Source: Caecitellus pseudoparvulus (lineage: Eukaryota > Protista > Bigyra: Bicosoecida). Taken from it: a stretch of 31,131 nt of DNA. The stretch spans positions 1 to 31,131 of the forward strand of contig CBFFRQ010000193.1 of the NCBI GenBank assembly GCA_965644315.1. The letters are read 5' to 3'. A program made the translations under genes and the position numbers. Below are positions 21,304-31,131 of this stretch, one piece after another. Within the stretch, counting starts at the first letter, position 1. Every line of letters begins with the position of its first letter. Below the pieces are notes generated by a model. The model had not been told where the DNA came from. It ran no database searches and worked only from the letters and a program-made list of their open reading frames with translations.

Positions 21304-24300
21304 TCAATGTTCTGCATCCAACTCTTCCCGTGGATCGCCCATCTTTATCTCCAACGGTTTCAGCTCGGGGGGCAAAAAATTCTGTTCGAACACCCCATAG
21401 AAGCCTGGGACATAAGCTTTCGATAATGCGTGGGACTTGCCCTGTGGGGTTCGGGTGCAATAAATGAAAAACAGCTCGACGTCCTTCACTTCGGTGATCA
21501 ACTCGGACAGAGGCAGGGGAGGACTCTCGTGGCCCTGTCCAAATGCTGCAGCTCCTTCACCGGCAACCGATTGTGGGGCCACAGGTTCCTCTGCTTCATC
21601 TTCGCCGACTTGAGTGCCAGCCTCTGATGTTTTCCTGCTCTTCTTCCGGCCTGTCTCGAGAGGAGGCGACACCAGCAGCTGCTTGGTCAACTCAATCACT
21701 GCATCGCGGTCTTCTTCAGGCAGCAACTTCGGTTCCATGAGGAGCTCCTTGAAATCACCACTGTGGTCGTATACCACTCGGCAGTTGAGGTCAATCGGCA
21801 CTCCAAAAGTCCACAGGATTAAGTTCGCAAGTGTAGCCTTAGTCTCCTCAGTTTCCTTCGGATTGTCGAACTTCATCTGGGTTCCTTGGATCTTCCTGAG
21901 ATAGCCCTCATCGCAGGCAAGGTTGGCCAGGTCAGCTAAAGTTGGAGGAACTTTCTTTTTCGGTTTTTCTCCGAGGCGTGTTACCCTTAAATTATCGAGC
22001 GTTCGTTTACTCGCGTGGCCGGCAAGGGTTGAGATTGTGGTTTCGATGAAAGCAACCTGTAGCTTTGATGGTTCGGGTTCGGTGTTGTCTTCATCCTTGA
22101 TCTCTGGCGAGCGCCTGAACACGACGAAGTCCACAGCTGGAAAGTTGTGGGGTGTGCGCACCACGTGCACGCTCCCTGGAGCGAGGTTCTGCACGACATG
22201 CACATCGGCAGCAGACAAGCCAGCGCCTTTCGCTTCTTGCTTGGTCTGAGCTGCGAGGATGGAACCCGGGTCCGAGCCCAGGGAGTAGGTCCGAAGCACC
22301 ACTTTTGGGGGTCTGGACTGCATGCTTGAGAGCTTTTCGTAGGATGACCCAAACATGCCCAGCTCTAGCAATGTGGCCAGAGTGTCCTCGAAGTCCTCTC
22401 CACTGCCCAAGTGGGTCACACCATTCATGATTCGGTCCCAAGCTCTCTTCTGACTCAGAGAAGCCTCCGGCCCAGCGAGCTCTCGGTGGAGCGAGATGAG
22501 GGACCTTATGTAAGCATGCCTCGCAACGTGGGAGGAGAACCGCACATTGCCCTCCAGAGTCATTTTGTTGGGGTCGATCCTCGACAGGATCGAAGCAGCA
22601 GCCATCGTGTGACTCAAGAACAACTTAACGCCTCTTTCCTCCTCTGTTGTCTCCAAAGTGCCTTCCGTCAGTCGTGTAAGGCAGCGATCCTCCATCTGCT
22701 GTCTCATGTCACCCCAAGCTGCTTTCAGAGCCACCTGAAACCAATCAGTGTCAATGCTTGAGCTTGCTTTTGTCCGCGCCACTGCCCTAGTTAAGGCACG
22801 AGCAAGCCCACCCACAGACAAGACGAAGTTGTCGAACAATTTCAGGTTGTCAGCATCGCTCAGGGCTCTCATAGCCCTGGGGGGGAGCTGCAGAGAGCAG
22901 TCTTGGCCCGCTTGAAGGTCTGCAACGGTGTGAACCTGCTCGGTCCAGCCCAACGCATCAGCGTTTCTCTTTGGCCCAAGCATGAGCAAGCGGGAAAGCT
23001 CTGGGCTGAGTCGCTCCATTTCAAAGAAAGGGATGTCTTCGTCTGTGGATGAGCCAAAATCGAACCTGAACTCAATAGGCTCCAGTACTTTCTTCTTCTC
23101 AGTGCCTTTGCCTTTTCCTTTGTCGCTGCTGTCTGCTTTGCCTTTGCTTCTTTTTGTGTTGTCGCCTTCGTCAGTGCCACTGCTTCCTTCTGCGCCATCT
23201 TTTCCTTCTTTGCCTTCTTTAGACTTGTCTTTATTCAAGTCAAGATGCGCAGCATGGAAATCTGGTGAGTAGGCGAACACCCTGCTCGAGTTCTTGGTCC
23301 AAATGAACAACTCATTCAGCTCCTTCCACCAGAGGGGATCCCCAGGAGGCTTTTTATCAAGCACGGCCTGCAAGTGGTTTGCCTCGTCGACAATGAACGA
23401 TGCAGGGAGGCTCTTCGGGTTTTTTCCTTTTGCTTCACCTCCACGATTGTACGCAGAGTCTTGAGCGATGAGCAAGCTGTGAAGTGCTTCGTGTGCTCTG
23501 GCTCCTTCCTTGCCAATCGCTGCCATGTCCATGCACACTTGAGGCCTGAGCAGGCTATTCCCGCAAGACATTGACAAACCACCTTGCATGAGGTTGTGGA
23601 ACAGATTCTCGAATTCTGGCTTTGAGGGAGCGAACACGTTCGACTCCGACATGTACAAAACGTCACCCCCCGCCCCGATGCCAATCATCGTGGCAAGCGC
23701 CCGTAGAGATGCCGACTTCCCAGTTCCGTGAGCAGCAGTGGCCATGACCCCCGGAAGAGCACCAAAACAAGTCTTGGCGGACTTCTCGAACAACCTCATC
23801 CGTCCGCGCGTGAGAACGAAGGTGGTGAGCATTAGGTCTTGTTCAAGGCTGGAGGACGACGCCTCAGAGCGAACGCCGAAAACAGTTGGTCGCAAGCCCT
23901 GAACTTTCAAGCCTCCGAATGAAACTCTCTTCAAACCTGTTTTATCATGCTGAAATTTATACGGCTGCTCCAACCAAATCGGCAGCCGCAGCACCACAGC
24001 CTCTAAAATGCCGTTCATGTAGATTGGAGAGCAACCTGCTGTCCACTTGATGTTCTTTCCTTCACTTGCCGTGGGATCCTCGCACTTGGCTTTCGTCAAT
24101 CCGTCTTTGAGTGCATCAGCGACACTCCATTGAGAAATTTCAGCTCCCACGAAGGCATCCCCCGCATCAAGCAGCCAGCCAAAGTTGTCCGCCAAGATCT
24201 CCAAAGTTGAATCGTCAGTATTGAGGAGACCCTGAATGTACTGCTTGTCTCCGACACCCGCATCTTTGAGCTGCTTCTTGGCCGCGTCTTTGCCTCGCTT

Positions 24301-25475
24301 CTTCAACAACAGCATCGAACGGAGAGGCACGCCCAAGTTCATGACCGATAATTCCCGGGCTTGGCTGTTGAACCACGCAGTGCGGACGGCCACTTCCAGC
24401 TGCGCCTTGAAGTCGGCCATCATGCTTGCAGAGACATGCTCAGGCAGCTCCTCTTTGCAAAATGCGTCAATGTCACACTTGGCCAGTGAGTCCACAGAGT
24501 GAGAGCAGACGCTCTTCAGAACCTTGACTCTGTCCTCCGCCTTCGTAGTACCCTGCATCATCTTCATGGAGACCCTCACGACTCCACAACGCTTGAGAAT
24601 TTCCCACAGCTCGTCTCCAGCACTTTTCTGAATAAACAAAAGCAAGCAGCCACTATGATGCGCAAGGAAGGGGAACACAAAGCGGGAAGTGCTCAACTCA
24701 CCTTGCATGTCAACACTTCACTCTTGATGGCTTCCTGTGCTTCCATCTTCGCCACCATCTTCGCCAGCTTGGTTTCGATCTTCAACAGTTCGGCCTTTGC
24801 GCCGCTCAAGTATGTCGGCAGCTTCCTCACCCACACTTGAGTAACGCGGTTTTCGAACTTCACCCCAATCGAGCTGATCAGTTCACCTTCTTGAGCAAGT
24901 TCCAAGCTGACGTCAATTGGCATGTCAAAAATGGAAGCAAGGAAACTATTTTGTTTTTCGGTACTTTCATTCTCGAATCGAATCCCAAAATCAACTTGAG
25001 TTATGAAGCCGCTTGAGACGAGGGCTTGAACCACGTTTACGTCGGGAGGTGCCTGCGAAGAAGGCCAGACAAAGTGCAGGGCACGATGCCTCGCGCAGGC
25101 ACACCTCAAGGGCAAGCTACGTACCTTCAGCTTCTTGAGGGCAGAAAGGGCTATTTCCAATGGAACCTCTCCTTCTGCTTGCTCAAGCTCAGCCAAAGCC
25201 ACAAGCAACTTCTCCCTCTTCTTCTGCGGAGTCTTTCCCCACCATTTCGTGCTCCGTAGCACTTCCCTGACCTCCCGAGGTCCCTCCGTCGCAGCACCAG
25301 CCACAGATGAAGCGTGGCGCAGCAAGCTGGGTGCCTGGGGCGGCTTGGGTGTGCGCGGTGGAGGCCAGAGCACTGGAGCAGGAGCAAATTCCGCTCCAAC
25401 ACTGCGCAACGCCAACACAGGCCGCAGTGACGCCCCCACAGCACGTGACAAAGTCACTGCAGCCTTCAAGCTCAT
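21304..25475 (-). CDS. Crinkler-RHS-like P-loop NTPase plus PD-(D/E)xK-like nuclease, 3 exons (25475-25125, 25052-24702, 24627-21304), about 1341 aa
   Basis: Walker A AAHGTGKS and Walker B FIVDEAN. C-terminal GEDFED...PHNFPAVDFVVF...FIETTIS...H matches the CR-REase pattern. Introns GTACGT..TCGCAG (25124-25053, 72 nt) and GTGAGT..TTCAG (24701-24628, 74 nt) join the ORFs in frame. Confidence 0.8.
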
Positions 25476-26597
25476 GGTACCTTGCCTAGATGTTCAGGCA
25501 CCGCAGATGCTCCAGGTGCGCGCTCACTACTCAAAGTTGCGCTGGTGCGGAAGTGTGCGAAAGTCCGCACAACGTAGAGCTGCACGAAGCTCTGAGGTGA
25601 GGCAAGCTTGAGCACGATGTGCCGGATGAACAGTACACACTTCGCCCAAGGGCACTTTCATGAAATATGATGTTTTTGCCGTCAGCGCACCGTTGCGCAG
25701 GTTCGGCAAGCCATGTGAAAGGCTGTCTTAAGAGCTACGCGAATGATGCAAAAATATGTCTCACGCAGCTGAAACCGGAGTACAGTATCATGGGGTAAAG
25801 TTGGGACAGGGTAAAGATGGGACAAAATAGATAGCAGGGAAGAAATTGAAGTTGGGACAAGCATCTTGGCGGGGGGTGGAGGGGGGGGGTGCTACTTGTA
25901 TCTTGCCCTCACCGCAGCTCTGGCGTCACGTGTGCATGGGAATATGCTGGAAATGGGCAAAATTGGTGCGGTGCCCAATGATCATGTGCGCGAATGAGGC
26001 ACATTGCAGTGGTTCGTGCGAACCTCAGACGCCAGTCCAGGGACGCGCAGGGGGCCTCACAAAGCCAGTAGCCTCGCTGCGTTTCAAGTTTGTTGAGTGC
26101 TGGTCGCGGCGACCTGCACCATCGCTGTAATCCATCAAGGGCAAGTCCGAATCGTATGACTTCGTTACCCAGCTTGAAGACGGCGACGAGGTGTTTCGAC
26201 GGCTTTGCAACGCTCCTTGGAGATAATGCCCGAACAGGAGACGAGATTTCCAAAACTTTGTGCTGCATACAATCCTAATAGATTTATGGAAGTGTTCCTG
26301 TCCAAAGCATGCCCGGGGGTTGTCTCTCTCCCGCCAGAGAGCGCTGCACAGTGCGGGTGTGGTGTTTCGCTTTGCCTCACCACGCCAATCCACGAGGCCT
26401 GCGATATCTCTGCATTGGGCTGCACTCTACCGGCTCTGAACAGCTGAGAGGTCCGTTACATGAAGGTAGTCTGATGAAACGTTGAATTATTCTGCAAGTC
26501 TCTCATACCACGCGTCTAGCCTCGGGGTCCTGGCTGGCCTGTGTGTGGATGAAACTCCCTTCACCCAGCCGGAGAGCCAGCGGCTCTGCTCCAGCCC

Positions 26598-31131
<4,534 letters not shown>

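Noticed and set aside
25680-26560. Short ORFs between the CR-like gene and the transposase
   Set aside because: No recognisable motifs, and no terminal inverted repeat could be identified.

Overview
Left end of a eukaryotic chromosome, probably from a GC-rich protist (TTAGGG-type telomere, short GT-AG introns). Bases 1-9193 hold three co-oriented (TAACCC)n tracts separated by two sense-strand units whose 5' ends face the telomere. Unit A (1885-4807) carries only an ORF1-like gene with possible RRM and OTU-like domains. Unit B (4874-8887) is a 5'-truncated LINE-type reverse transcriptase with a CCHC knuckle and no endonuclease in this copy. The two units have unrelated bodies but end in a homologous ~200-nt, structurally covarying RNA-like element fused directly, in the same register and without poly(A), to CTAACCC repeats. 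This looks like a two-component telomere-extending retroelement system. The subtelomere (9194-31131) contains a decayed 5' fragment of a large transposase gene, a degenerate ankyrin-repeat pseudogene, and a large SPRY/EF-hand/membrane-anchor gene. It also contains a 3-exon Crinkler-RHS-like NTPase plus restriction-endonuclease gene with a mitochondrial-type presequence, and a decayed large DDE transposase gene with a (Ser-Asp)32 insert whose 5' part is an inverted paralog of the 9.6-11.1 kb segment. All domain calls were made by eye from motifs; no searches were run.
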